From an uncultured virus (IMG/VR IMGVR_UViG_3300042549_010585) (taxonomy: Duplodnaviria; Heunggongvirae; Uroviricota; Caudoviricetes): a stretch of DNA of 64,000 nt. The notes below the pieces were generated by a model, which saw only the letters and a program-made list of their open reading frames with translations, did no database searches and was not told the DNA's origin. Position numbers and translations under genes: made by a program. Every line of letters begins with the position of its first letter. Positions within the stretch are counted from its first letter, which is position 1. This document shows positions 38,901 through 49,600 of the stretch, piece by piece. Where the stretch lies: IMG/VR virus record IMGVR_UViG_3300042549_010585. The stretch is one strand, 5' to 3'.

Positions 38901-41900
38901 CATGTGATAATCTATACCCATTATTAATTATATAAATATCTGTATCTATTGTATTATAGGTATTTGTGCTTGTTCTTGCAGATGTAATATCTATTGTATA
39001 TGAGGTGATACCATCAGCAATGCTTGCGTTGACATCTATCGTAAGGATTTCTTTATATTCTCCTGATACAACCTCAACTGTAGTATACCCAACAAGAAGA
39101 TTTGGCTCAGTAACAAACAGCTGAGTATCTGCAGGGGCTAATTCTGTAGTAAGTATCAAAATTATAAGATTGTCTGGAGCTGCAGAAAGATATATACCTT
39201 CTTTTGTACCTACTATTAAAGATCTTGTTGCATGATGGTAGACTGTATTGATATTCCCTTGATTGTTTTGATCCCAATTTGATTTTACTACAATTGTTGG
39301 AGACCAAGAATACTCACCAGAAACTTTAGAATCTGTCAAAATCCAAGGCGAATTTGTGCTCACAACTGCATATTGGTTGGATCCAATTCTTTCTACAGCA
39401 TCTTTGAAAGGGTAAGTGCTCGAGCCTAATAAAATTGGATTAACCCAAAACTCATAAAAACTTATAGGATCCGTGCCATAGGTCAAAGAACTACTAGAAT
39501 CACTATCTGTATATGATATTGTGAAAATAGATCTTACCCAAGATTCTCCACCCAAAACTTCAACCCATGATGTTGAAGTCATAGATGCATACCTGGTAAG
39601 AACCCAGTTTGTTGAACCATTGCCTACTGCAGTGACTGTGTATATACCATTTTGTGATTGATTAGTTTGGTTTTTAATCAATACTCTATTGCCTACACTT
39701 AATTCAACATTGTCTATTTTAAGCGCAGCTTGAGCAGCGCTGTTTGTTAATGTTGCACCAACGCCAAGTGTGCCATTGTTATAAACTGCAGATAAATTTG
39801 CAGTTGTCGCTACATTAACTGTAATTCTGGCTGCATAGCTAGCAGAACTCCAGCCTTGCAATGGGTGATACCAATATTTAAGATATGTATTTTGATCTGG
39901 TTGTTCTTCAAACAATCTAGCTGTGTGTGATATATAAACTTTTGTATCTGTAAACCAAAGTAAATCATTTGGTGAATTTTGTCTTATCCATAAAAACCCC
40001 TTTGGGATTTCAGCCGAGATTATTCTGGAAGAAGAGTATGCGCCTGTGTCTAGTGCTGTAGAAAATCCCTTATCTGAGCCAATATAAATAGTTCTGTCGT
40101 AATTTTCAGTGGTTACACCATTTTGAACTTGCAAATTTTGAGTTACAATTTCAGCTATGGCATATATTTCTTTAGGGCCTGCAACAGACTCCCAGACACT
40201 TGTCCATGTGAATTCTGTACCACGGTATGCAAACGCAGTATATAATCCATTTGTAGTGCCAAGATAAATGGTCGTTGAATATTTATAATCTACTGCTCCA
40301 TTGTTGTCAAAAGACTCTTTATTTGTAGAAACAAGAATCGCTGTTGCGAATGCTGGCGTTGAGACACTGCCACTGAATTCTATAGGCAGCGTAAATTTTT
40401 GCCAAGTACTTCCCTGATCCTCTGTGAAGAATACTTTACCTTGGGCTGTGAGAACATATGTAACATTTGAAGGTTGACTATTAGTCCCTTCGCTAGATCT
40501 CAACAAATCATCAGAAAAATCGATTATTTCTCCATTGTCTTGATTCCATGTTGATAAAGTTACCAGCAATGGATTATTAGAGGTCATTAAGCCTCTTTTT
40601 GTTTGATATAAAGCAGTATTTAATATAGACGACTTCGCGATATTAAAAACCTCTGTAGTGTACTGCAAATCCTGATTGGTTAATTCTGGATAAAATGTTT
40701 GATGGTCACCTGCAGATAATAATTTTTTATATGGTTGTAAAAGGGCAGGCTCTAAATATCTTGCTTGACCTACATGATCTAAAGGCGCTATTCTTCTGGG
40801 ATCAATAATTCCTTTTGTAAAAGTACCGGCACTTACATCTTTTAATCTAGTACCAGACAATATGCCAGTTATTTCTCTACCAATTTTTTCTAATAGTATT
40901 CTTAAACTTGACAAGGTATAAGGAGAGCTCAATGCTGGACTAAAAGAAATCGTACCCTCGCCAGAATTTATAGCATACAAGCTAGAAGAAACAACTACAT
41001 CATCAAGGTAAACTACTGGATCCAAATACAACCCTGTGTCCCATCTGAATGTATTTTGTTGACCTGAAGAATTAGTACTGCCATCTGTCAATGCTATTTT
41101 TGCAGCAGTTATAACAGCAGTATTTTTGGCATACAAGTTAACCTGGGGAGATAAAGGCAAAATTATTTGTAAAAAAGCAGTTGTTGTTAGGGAATTTTTA
41201 AGATAAATTTTTCCAACTGCTGGGTCTAAGTAATAAGCAGTAGTTGGCAATATAGCATTATTTAATCGTACTTCTGGAAATCCGTAATTCGCAGCAGCCC
41301 AGTTCGAAACTCTAACATCAATGCCGTTTACTGTTTCGTAAGTCAAGAAAACAGTAGAGCCAATAGGGCCTTTTGCTATAAGAGTTCTATTTGTAGATAA
41401 ATTAATTTTACTTGGATGATTATTTCCTCCCAAGTGTATGTGCTTATAAAACCCCCGCCTAAGAGCGGCTTCAAAAGCTCCTGCTAAATTCTTTAATTGA
41501 TTTCTTCTGTCATCATATTCAACAAGATCAACATAAGCGCTTGTTCCGAAAGGCTGGGAATAAACTCCAACTTGCACTGATGCCAAATAAGTTGCAGTGT
41601 GATATAAATTATAATTATAATCTGGGTCTAAGGGACTTATTATAGTGGCTTTGCCCTCAGTTGCTAAACATGGACTGTTAGATGCCCAGATATAATATAC
41701 ATTACTTTCATAATATCTAAAATAAACAGGCTCTTCTGTGTATGCCCTGTAAGGACCAACTATGCCGTTGCCAATTGTGACTCTTACGCATTGTTCAAAT
41801 GTATTTTGAAAAATTATATGCCCAGATTCGGCTCCTGTTAAATTTAAATTCAAATTCCAAATTGTTTTTTGATTTTCAGTACCTGACTCAACCCAAAAAC

Positions 41901-42417
41901 ACCTATAGGCCTCAAACGCATCTATAAATTCCTGATTAGTATTGAATGAAGCGTGTCGAGACCACGAACTGGCACTGACTACATAAATTCCATTGTCATC
42001 TTTTGTTGTTTGATTTTTTACTAAAACAATGTCTCCGACCGATAATAAGACTCCATCAATTGTTAAAAGACCACTAAATGACCCAATATTTACAGTTGTT
42101 GCTGCAGCACATATCAATACTGGTTGCATATTCATAAATACAATTCTGCGGCCCAGATAAGAATCTGGATCGTCATTGTATGCATCAATTAAGGCAATTT
42201 GATCTAGTCTGATAGTGTTGTTTAAATCAGAAGAGTATGAAATGTCAGAAGATAGCTTTGTAACTTCCCAACCTTCAATAATTCCAGGGCCAACAAACCC
42301 ATATAGACCACCGAAAGAGTTATCAGTGGTCATCATATTTCTCTCATCAAATACTGGGTAAACTATGTCGCCCTGAGTAAGAGTATAATATTGGTATATT
42401 GGTGTTATTTTTCCCAT
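35947..42417 (-). CDS. giant tail fibre/receptor-binding-like protein (2156 aa)
   Basis: two ATT.N...IDGV/IDNV..GD/GN.VL.KNQT...NGIY.V...W repeats, Asp-box repeats (TEDQGSTW, SVDEAKTF, SNDDGDTW), GT..G[LI]Y propeller blades, discoidin-like C-terminal domain. Confidence 0.75.
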   Translation of the reverse strand: MGKITPIYQYYTLTQGDIVYPVFDERNMMTTDNSFGGLYGFVGPGIIEGWEVTKLSSDISYSSDLNNTIRLDQIALIDAYNDDPDSYLGRRIVFMNMQPVLICAAATTVNIGSFSGLLTIDGVLLSVGDIVLVKNQTTKDDNGIYVVSASSWSRHASFNTNQEFIDAFEAYRCFWVESGTENQKTIWNLNLNLTGAESGHIIFQNTFEQCVRVTIGNGIVGPYRAYTEEPVYFRYYESNVYYIWASNSPCLATEGKATIISPLDPDYNYNLYHTATYLASVQVGVYSQPFGTSAYVDLVEYDDRRNQLKNLAGAFEAALRRGFYKHIHLGGNNHPSKINLSTNRTLIAKGPIGSTVFLTYETVNGIDVRVSNWAAANYGFPEVRLNNAILPTTAYYLDPAVGKIYLKNSLTTTAFLQIILPLSPQVNLYAKNTAVITAAKIALTDGSTNSSGQQNTFRWDTGLYLDPVVYLDDVVVSSSLYAINSGEGTISFSPALSSPYTLSSLRILLEKIGREITGILSGTRLKDVSAGTFTKGIIDPRRIAPLDHVGQARYLEPALLQPYKKLLSAGDHQTFYPELTNQDLQYTTEVFNIAKSSILNTALYQTKRGLMTSNNPLLVTLSTWNQDNGEIIDFSDDLLRSSEGTNSQPSNVTYVLTAQGKVFFTEDQGSTWQKFTLPIEFSGSVSTPAFATAILVSTNKESFDNNGAVDYKYSTTIYLGTTNGLYTAFAYRGTEFTWTSVWESVAGPKEIYAIAEIVTQNLQVQNGVTTENYDRTIYIGSDKGFSTALDTGAYSSSRIISAEIPKGFLWIRQNSPNDLLWFTDTKVYISHTARLFEEQPDQNTYLKYWYHPLQGWSSASYAARITVNVATTANLSAVYNNGTLGVGATLTNSAAQAALKIDNVELSVGNRVLIKNQTNQSQNGIYTVTAVGNGSTNWVLTRYASMTSTSWVEVLGGESWVRSIFTISYTDSDSSSSLTYGTDPISFYEFWVNPILLGSSTYPFKDAVERIGSNQYAVVSTNSPWILTDSKVSGEYSWSPTIVVKSNWDQNNQGNINTVYHHATRSLIVGTKEGIYLSAAPDNLIILILTTELAPADTQLFVTEPNLLVGYTTVEVVSGEYKEILTIDVNASIADGITSYTIDITSARTSTNTYNTIDTDIYIINNGYRLSHAIWNRPVNLFNTSPTATIYYEDRLAISSDRTTLEGLVSSGDYTLNTYYQSVKFSSDQTLGQSFILESDYLNYYTSSWYSDADVIVYINDEPANKIYSLYPTEGRITFTSSLTADDVVKLTIIKLNAFISNVGDTPHAEQINSLVSGDAPLTVLASPLGGSAPAGTGVTVSDPLQVPFTANFLEFRNSNLNVSEFLQVKVEPDAFGSRIITLLRPRSSSTTLPITTTAVYEATLQNVPGIEDKISLIQSNQPYHLNSIAGSNLLQLSITANSNYNNLFTNFTGEPDPIYADKSHRGPVNSLFYDFAFSEADSRNSSSNLFVGLEPSSSNVSSSPRSIYIMNNANSSGTDMRLGTDKGIWIYNGSYWVKESALDNANKVYFISTQASSSYLMAGTDIGLYEQQSDDTWALNPTYPQAIYAYLSGSWDTNYTFYAYGKNDGLAFVRQGTGATSFISDHFNDLDGSNVYGLYSNKFYRFVGTGDNRKQTQVDGLYLCTNVGLYAVCTGNASSRGEYASILVGREMFGSNPNTVVVTTPNGNTLTVPVKYYKIFQSPRPKSVPLIILSSNGVYTVRNWRWCDPDNSQEDLKDFVVENHSLVGISCNCFATSAETISTGETLYKIFVGTNKGVYRSVDEAKTFEKCERINGSDLSINDLFTLSSTCLLAATDNGMWYSNDDGDTWYHTDENPETGLACTNINRYIDNSESFGGGKLGQTFIAETSEITKVSLFLSRKEVQDDATSLDNTLEVAIYNTSGGLPTGMPLATTASTTNSVNWAPGYQASSGFNSAPRLYDNDIYDTSTYYESTSSGSSAGITAKYDFGLGNSKPVNKIIAKIYYTQDPTVTFEYSDDNSTWTTATNATIDPPIHAGSGRWESILSIDLETSSHRYWRLSVSDGISDILKTRVARISDFRLYYIDQVIDIGKLKQHLLPEKFTAADISYPGFKSFIINVTGLTPGSTYALVATESVAIGGSSVINWVKSNIQGY

Positions 42418-42423
42418 AAGTTA

Positions 42424-43086
42424 TTAATATAATTTTACAAAACCATCAATGGTTTTAAAAGGTCTGTCTCTTCTAGAAACTGCTCCACCATTTGTATTGT
42501 TTTCTGCGGATGTGTTGAACTCAATAGTTTTAACACTATCAGAATCAATTGAAGACACAATTCCAATATGATCAGGCAATACATCGACATCAAATTGAAA
42601 CAATACTAGATATCCAGGTTTTACAAGTTTTCTATTGGCAGCACTGTTTTTCAAATATTTATCTTGATTTATGGCTGTTTCTTTAATTTCTCTAACACGA
42701 GCAGATGGTCTAAAAAACCTGTTTTTAATTACAAGCAAGACAGATTTAAATACAGAAATTGCATTTTTCTGATTATATTTAATTCCTGACAAATCACAAA
42801 AAGTTTTAGCTGCAGCAAAGCTTAAACCAGCAGCACAAAATGGCATCCAAGCTTTGCCATCCTTAGTACCAAGGCCAAACAGTCTTAAAAATCTTGCAAC
42901 TTGCTCTATATTATTTGACCTCGAAATGCCTAAATATTCTGAGCTTGTTTTTAATAACTCCAATGCAAATTCTTGATTACTAAAAGTTGACAATAAAGAG
43001 AAATCTAATTCTTTAAATTCACCTTCCTCAACAAGCTTTTCTAAATCTACAATTGGTACATCGTTGTCTTTGATTTGTTCTTCCAT
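42424..43086 (-). CDS. CHAP-family peptidoglycan amidase/endopeptidase
   Basis: PFCAAG (Cys), PGYLVLF, DHIGIV (His), TIEFNT; AAGGAG RBS. Confidence 0.85.
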   Translation of the reverse strand: MEEQIKDNDVPIVDLEKLVEEGEFKELDFSLLSTFSNQEFALELLKTSSEYLGISRSNNIEQVARFLRLFGLGTKDGKAWMPFCAAGLSFAAAKTFCDLSGIKYNQKNAISVFKSVLLVIKNRFFRPSARVREIKETAINQDKYLKNSAANRKLVKPGYLVLFQFDVDVLPDHIGIVSSIDSDSVKTIEFNTSAENNTNGGAVSRRDRPFKTIDGFVKLY

Positions 43087-43097
43087 TATGTTGCTCC

Positions 43098-46000
43098 TTA
43101 GGTAATAGTAAGGCTTGTAGAAACTGCTCCACCATTAAGGGTTGCAGTTATTGTTGCGATTGTAAGTTCAGTAACCGAAGTTGTTGTAACAGTAAATGTC
43201 ACCCTAGAATTGCCAGTTGTAATGGTAACTGATGCCGGAACTGATGCATGTACGTTATCTGATGAAAGCGTAATTACAGTACCGCCTGTCGGGGCTGGGC
43301 CAACTATAGTAACGGCACATGTTGTCGGAGAACCACCAGCCACAGATGTGGCTGTTAATAACAACCCAGATAAACTCTCTGGCCTCATCCAATAAAGATC
43401 ATCGGTAGATGTTTCTAACTGAACCGCTATATCGTCAATCACGGCTGGATCGGCGTCTACAGAAACCAACAATGCAGCAAATCTAATGTATTGAGATGGA
43501 GTGTCCAATGTAAACACAGAATTAGGAGTCAAGCTGCTATAGTTAGACAATTGGAATGCTTTATTTTCATCAGGATCTGTAGTATATTTAAATTCAATAA
43601 TACCACCATTTTCCATGCCATTATAAGTCAATAATCCTCTTCTAATTAGAGGAGCTGGAGTAGAGTCCAACTGGCTTGTGGTGTCAAATAATTTGGTATA
43701 GAAAAATGTAGCTTCTGACGCAAAGTAATAAATACTTACTGAATCTATATATGGAGTGACTGCTTCTGTTGCAGTTGTCAATACGGCCTTATACTGAATC
43801 CACTGTCCACCAAATGCTGATAAAGAATATGTATTTGTAATTGTACCACTCGCATCTCCATCAATTGTAGAATATGTGAATGGAATTCCCCAATCTTTTT
43901 CTAATAATTCAGTTCTTGTATTCGCTGTTCTAATATAAATGTCAACCTTGACACCAGCTTCAAGTCCTGGTCCGCCGCTTGCGCCTGATGGATAGTTTGC
44001 CACTGTTGTGACTTCATCCCATCTTGTTAATGTAGCAACATAAAAAGGCTCAGATTCATAAATGCCTGTTTGTCTGGTCTTCCTAGTAGGAGCAAACAAT
44101 GCTGACGTTGGTGTGTTTGTAGAAGTATATGTAACAACTGACGAGCCAGATGGAGTAACTCCAGGCGTAATTTGATATATCTTACCTACAGGTTCTTGAG
44201 AAGAATTACCAACTGCAGCAGTTCCATAAATAATATTATCGATTACAGAAGTATTTGAAATATTATTTGCATTATTTTTGAATCTAACATATGCTTTTCT
44301 GTTATTTGTTTTTAAAGATGAAGAATCCGCACTGTAGATATTTCCATTTACGGCTATACCATATGCGCTAGAACCCCAGTAAGCCATTTCTCTTATATTG
44401 GTTGAAGTTGGCGGATTAACATATTTAAATGCATCAAGTCCAGTTACATAAGCTGTTACACCATTTGTTGTGTGAGATGATATAGTCCAAAAGATATCAT
44501 TGTCTGGGCTATTTGTAAAATCATAATATCTGTCTGCTTGCTGGTCATAAATTCTAGATGTGGTGCTTACGGTGCCATCGTTGTTAAACGAAATAGCATA
44601 AATAGCACCGGATGAATCACCAGCCCAAATCTGATTCTTTCCACTATTGTATTCTATGCTGTCAATTCTGTCTTCTAGTGAATCTAGGGTTTGACTCCAA
44701 GTATTTCCATCGGTATTATAAACTTGTCCCTTTAATTGGCCGCCAAGTCCTGCAAACAAATACTTGGAAGACTTGCCAAATGACAGCACACTTGATTGTG
44801 TGAATGTTCTAGACACAGCTAAAGCGCTTGTTGAAGCATTGTAGGAGTAAACTTTACCATCTGGAAAACTCACCCCACTTATTCCCGTACCTATCCAAAG
44901 CTTATTGGCAAAACTTGAAAGTGCTTTAACTGGTGAAAGCCCAACCACTGCATCTGTAAATGTTGTTCCTGTTGTTGTTCTGATGACTTTACCAGATTCC
45001 AAAGCTGCATATAATTTATTATTATGAACAACAAAGCCATTAACCGAGGAGGCTACAGTATATATAGTCGTGCCCACTCCAGAAGAATTTACATGATAAA
45101 TATATGATGTATTTCCAATAGCAGAAGAAGCAGCAATAAGTGAATTTTTAAAATAAGCAATTTTTGAGCCAGAAGTTCCCAATCCTGCAAAACTTGACCA
45201 AACACTTGAAGTATTAACCATATCCCAAGAATATTCTGCAATTCCATCGGTAAATTTAATCCAACCATCACCCAAATTAACACCTGCCGGGAAAGTATCA
45301 GCAAAAGTCTCAGCATCACTAAAATCAGGATAATGCGAAATCTGTAATGCTTTTACACCAACTACGGTGTCTTTTCCAGCAACTGTGATAGTGCCAGTAT
45401 TATCTTGGTAATAATAATCACCACGATATCTTAACCTTATTGCATACAATCTCAATGAATTGGAGGTAAATACATACCTAAAATATTCTTGAGTTCTAGA
45501 GCTCGCATACATATACAAAAGCTCTTGCCATCCATCGGATGGGCTTGACTTTACTTCAACTACAAAGTTCTTTGGAATCGTAGCTGTTACACAAAATTCT
45601 ATAGATTTTACTATCGGATATAGGCCAGAAACTTTTGTCAAATAATTTACAACTGAATAGCCATTGCCATCACCAAAAGAATCTGTCTGGTCTGGTGCTG
45701 CAGAACCTCCAAAAGTGGTAGCTGTTCTAATTGTATTATCTAAAATATCTTGAATGAAATAAGTTCCAGATAAAATATTATCAGAAGTTTCAGTATTGTT
45801 ATTAGTAGCATAGGAGCCAAAATAATGTACTTGCATTCCACCAGATGCTGCATTATAATTCAGAACTGTTTGGCCATAAATGTTTCCAGTCACCCCGACT
45901 GAAGTACCTGTTCCTCCGCCAGTAGTTCCAATGCCTCCGCCTGTCACACCTGTGCCAGAATCATATATTACTAATCCTGCAGCACTTCCGCTTCGTCTCT

Positions 46001-46607
46001 CAAATAAATCGCCTGATGGTACCGAGTTTGTATATCCCCCAATTGTCCAATCTAAAGGATCAAAATAATTTACAGGAAAATCGGTAGAGTCAAAAGTTAC
46101 AGGTATATCTTTAAAGGTCGAAAGCCCTACGCCACTGTTGTTTCTTACATTCCCGCCAATATATGACAACGTAATATTTGTTGTGCCATATCCTGTAGAA
46201 AGATTATGAATTAAAGGCTCGGGTAAATTAATTATATATGTTGTATTGCTGGCTGAGTCTCTAGCCCCAAACGTGACGGGCATAGGAACGTTATTTACTT
46301 TTACATAAAAATTAGACGCACCGATTGCAGGCAACATCGGCGTAGATGCGGTAGTAAAAGTGGCAGCAATAGACAAGCCATCTGCTGAAAGTTCAGCGGA
46401 GCTTAATTCTGGATCAGAAGACAATGCAGAAACCACAGTTTCTTCAGAGAAACTGTGGACTTCATTTAGATTGTTTGAAAAATCTGGCAGTTGATCAAAT
46501 GATATTTCGATTGGTTTATCGAGATTGCTGTCAGAATTTACTTTATTATCTTGAATATCTTTTTTATTATTGTTAGGATTAGGGGAATTATTTTTTCTCG
46601 AGTCCAT
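43098..46607 (-). CDS. large multidomain structural protein (SwmB-like Ig, beta-propeller, C-terminal Ig-like)
   Basis: PELSSAELSADG...FYVKVN...ITLSY module; propeller blades (HNNKLYA, FANKLWIG); Thr-rich C-terminal domain. Confidence 0.65.
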   Translation of the reverse strand: MDSRKNNSPNPNNNKKDIQDNKVNSDSNLDKPIEISFDQLPDFSNNLNEVHSFSEETVVSALSSDPELSSAELSADGLSIAATFTTASTPMLPAIGASNFYVKVNNVPMPVTFGARDSASNTTYIINLPEPLIHNLSTGYGTTNITLSYIGGNVRNNSGVGLSTFKDIPVTFDSTDFPVNYFDPLDWTIGGYTNSVPSGDLFERRSGSAAGLVIYDSGTGVTGGGIGTTGGGTGTSVGVTGNIYGQTVLNYNAASGGMQVHYFGSYATNNNTETSDNILSGTYFIQDILDNTIRTATTFGGSAAPDQTDSFGDGNGYSVVNYLTKVSGLYPIVKSIEFCVTATIPKNFVVEVKSSPSDGWQELLYMYASSRTQEYFRYVFTSNSLRLYAIRLRYRGDYYYQDNTGTITVAGKDTVVGVKALQISHYPDFSDAETFADTFPAGVNLGDGWIKFTDGIAEYSWDMVNTSSVWSSFAGLGTSGSKIAYFKNSLIAASSAIGNTSYIYHVNSSGVGTTIYTVASSVNGFVVHNNKLYAALESGKVIRTTTGTTFTDAVVGLSPVKALSSFANKLWIGTGISGVSFPDGKVYSYNASTSALAVSRTFTQSSVLSFGKSSKYLFAGLGGQLKGQVYNTDGNTWSQTLDSLEDRIDSIEYNSGKNQIWAGDSSGAIYAISFNNDGTVSTTSRIYDQQADRYYDFTNSPDNDIFWTISSHTTNGVTAYVTGLDAFKYVNPPTSTNIREMAYWGSSAYGIAVNGNIYSADSSSLKTNNRKAYVRFKNNANNISNTSVIDNIIYGTAAVGNSSQEPVGKIYQITPGVTPSGSSVVTYTSTNTPTSALFAPTRKTRQTGIYESEPFYVATLTRWDEVTTVANYPSGASGGPGLEAGVKVDIYIRTANTRTELLEKDWGIPFTYSTIDGDASGTITNTYSLSAFGGQWIQYKAVLTTATEAVTPYIDSVSIYYFASEATFFYTKLFDTTSQLDSTPAPLIRRGLLTYNGMENGGIIEFKYTTDPDENKAFQLSNYSSLTPNSVFTLDTPSQYIRFAALLVSVDADPAVIDDIAVQLETSTDDLYWMRPESLSGLLLTATSVAGGSPTTCAVTIVGPAPTGGTVITLSSDNVHASVPASVTITTGNSRVTFTVTTTSVTELTIATITATLNGGAVSTSLTIT

Positions 46608-46620
46608 GTTACTATCTATT

Positions 46621-46645
46621 TTACAGCTTAGAAGGCTAAAGCCCT
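46621..46645 (-). promoter_or_regulatory. candidate AGG-N18-GTAA promoter
   Basis: CCT 46643-46645, TTAC 46621-46624; 18-nt spacer variant. Confidence 0.4.
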
Positions 46646-46646
46646 A

Positions 46647-49600
46647 TTATGACGGTACTGTTTTTTGATTATTAATAATTCCCCTTTGTCCTGCTACAAT
46701 TAAGTTTTCTTTGAATGATGTTACTGCAAGCGGTCTAACTATTCCACTACCCCCAGTAAATCTAGAAGTCTGCGGGTCTTCATACTTCCAAACTTGCTGT
46801 TGTGGATAGTACGACCAGGCCTTAAATGCATGGTCATCTGGGTTGTCTGCCAGTCTCTTGGTATAATACCCATCAGTAAGAGCCCACACAGATCCTTGAT
46901 GTTCGGCAAATTTTCGAACACCACCAGTTGAATTAAATCTATAACTTACATAAAAATCTTTAATGTCTCTTACGACTGGTGGGACAACAGCACCAATATA
47001 GTACCGAAGCCTACTATAAGACCATGTACTTGCAGCTTCATTTTGTACTGTCTTACCAAATCTCAATTGATAAGTTGAAGAAGCCAGTGAAAGGAAATTA
47101 TCTTCAAAGATAATTGGATTTTCATATTTTCCAACCCAAACTTTGATAGAAGTTCCATTAACCCCAACTCTTACAGGAGTAAAATCTCTCGTAATCTGAT
47201 GATTTCCTGACTCTGTGACAATAGCTATATAGTCGATATAAATATTTGGCCTTGATGCGCTATCTGGTATGTCTTCAAATTTTAAATAAACACTTCGGAC
47301 TTCACCTTTCCAGCTTGGCTTCAAAATATATGTTTTAAATTCAGAAGAATATGTCAAAGGTTGCTCAAACCATTCGTAGTCCGTAAATTCTGTGACATCT
47401 GGACTATTGCTCCAGGTAAATAGCATTTTTGCATTAGGAGCAAAATATGTTAATGCAGGGTCTACTCTTATTTTTATCAAAACCAAGGAATGTGTATCTA
47501 CCATTATTGAAGTTAAATTTTTAGCCCCAATTAATGGAGATCCTGTATTTGTCGGATCAATCACAAGATGGTTTGAAACCTGAGTTGTAGTCCCTATTGT
47601 TTCAGACTCTGATCCTGTAGTAAGACCACAGAACTGAATATTGGTCCATCCCTGAATAGTAACCGCTGATGCACCAGTGCCGGATCCTGGATTTAATGAA
47701 TTAGAATCTTCTAAAGAATCTGTCGAAAAATTCCAAAGTTTTTGTATGCCTTTGTCTGGATATGTTTGCGAAACAAGCTCAAATGGAGTTACAATATCAG
47801 ATAAATCAACTAAATTTTTAGTTGTAGATTTACTTCCACTTGTCACCTTTATTGCAGAGCTTGTAAGCTGTATGTCTAGATAATATCTTCCATCGTTAAT
47901 TTCAAAGCCCTGTGAACCCAGGCCAGACACATGCTTCATTTCAAATTCCACAGTGTAAATTGTTTCATTTACAATTGCTTGTTCCCAGTCAGAACCAGTT
48001 TCACTTGTAAAATTTTGGTTCTGAGCGCTTGATCCAACTATATTCATGCCATATTTAAAACCAAATTCAGAATTTGGGTCCTCTATGGCAGTAGCAGAAA
48101 CTACTGATTGTCCTCTGGTATCTGTTCTTCCATTGTTATAAAATTGCCATGGAGAATGATCTTGAACATATTGAATATCAAAATTTTGGGTACTCCAAGC
48201 ATCATTGTGAGCAAAACTTGAAACAAACTCACCATTATTTGATGGAATTTCTCTGAGATGCTCTGAATAACTATAAATTTCAGGCCGGTCTGCAATAGCA
48301 ACTAAAACTTGATTAGAAACTGATATCATATCATTAACAGGCAATAGAATTGGTTCAAACTCATTTACGTCACTTGTCTTCAGGACGTGTGCGTTCATAG
48401 ATTCAGTTTCGGTAGTTAAATTTGTTTTATTTAATCTTCTGCCATACTTAAAAATCTTGCCTTGTCTTGTACCAAAGAATATATAATCATATGCGCTAGT
48501 TGCACTAGATATATCATAAGATAAACCATGCAATGTATCTGGAGAGCCAGATGTTGCTATTGAAGCCCAAGAATCCTCCAGGCCATCTACTGGAGCTCTA
48601 AACAAGAAGCTTTCAATAGAAGTCCCAACATAGATATATTCTTTACTTTCATGTTGGAACTGGTGCTTAATTAAACACGAGATAGGAAGCTCTGTTCCAG
48701 CGTCATTAGAAGCTGTGAATATTGGCCCCACTATATTGACGCCATCAAAAGACCAAAGATTCCCAGAACCACCACCTAGAAGAATTTCGTTGTCGGTAGA
48801 AACTATTGAAAGTATAACTCTCTCATTGGTAATATCTACATCACCAATTTTTTCTACAGAATTTCTATCCCATCTCCAAACCTGTGCAATTGTCCTTTCG
48901 ACGGAGCAAACAAAAACAGGGCTTGCTGGCAGTGTGTCTATAAAAACAATGTAACCTTTAGAACCATCAACATAAAATCTATTAGAGCCAGCTACTGTTG
49001 AATTTGCAACCTGGTACCAGGTTGTGCTATTAACTGTTAACGTGATATTGTCTGTATTGCTAAAGTTAATTCTAGCCAAATAAGTGGCTGTGTCATTAGA
49101 CGTGCCATAATAGGCTGTGCTGCTTGGGAAAGAAGAATCTCTGCTGTCAACAAGTGAAACATCGCTGTAGCTTTCAGTTTTTATAGCAGTCATGAAAACT
49201 TTTTCTTCTATGTCTCCTGGAGCTGTCCATGTAATTGCATTATTAATTAATACATTTCTTGGAAAAGTTTCAGCACCTACAGTGTAAGTAGCTGGCAGAA
49301 TATTATCCCAGGCACCTGTGGGCTGTGACATATTATTTCCATAGTCTCTGACTTGAATTTCAATTCTTTTTACTCCACTTAACTGAGAAGTTGAGCCAGT
49401 GCCGATAATAGATCTTGTAAAAACGTCACTAAATTGTTGAAAATTTGACCAGGCACTTGTGCCTTCGCCATTTATTAATCTAAATCTCATATCTTTAACA
49501 GATGTGATGAGATCTGAAGATGTAATTTTTAAATTAACAGTTGAAGTATTGGTAAAATCAATTGATGAGCCTGCATTATCAACTATTTCTATTCCTGCAG

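Noticed and set aside
39590..42115. Diversity-generating retroelement repeat pair in the fibre gene
   Set aside because: The two fibre repeats are similar only at protein level, are not adenine-specific variants, and no reverse transcriptase is in the window
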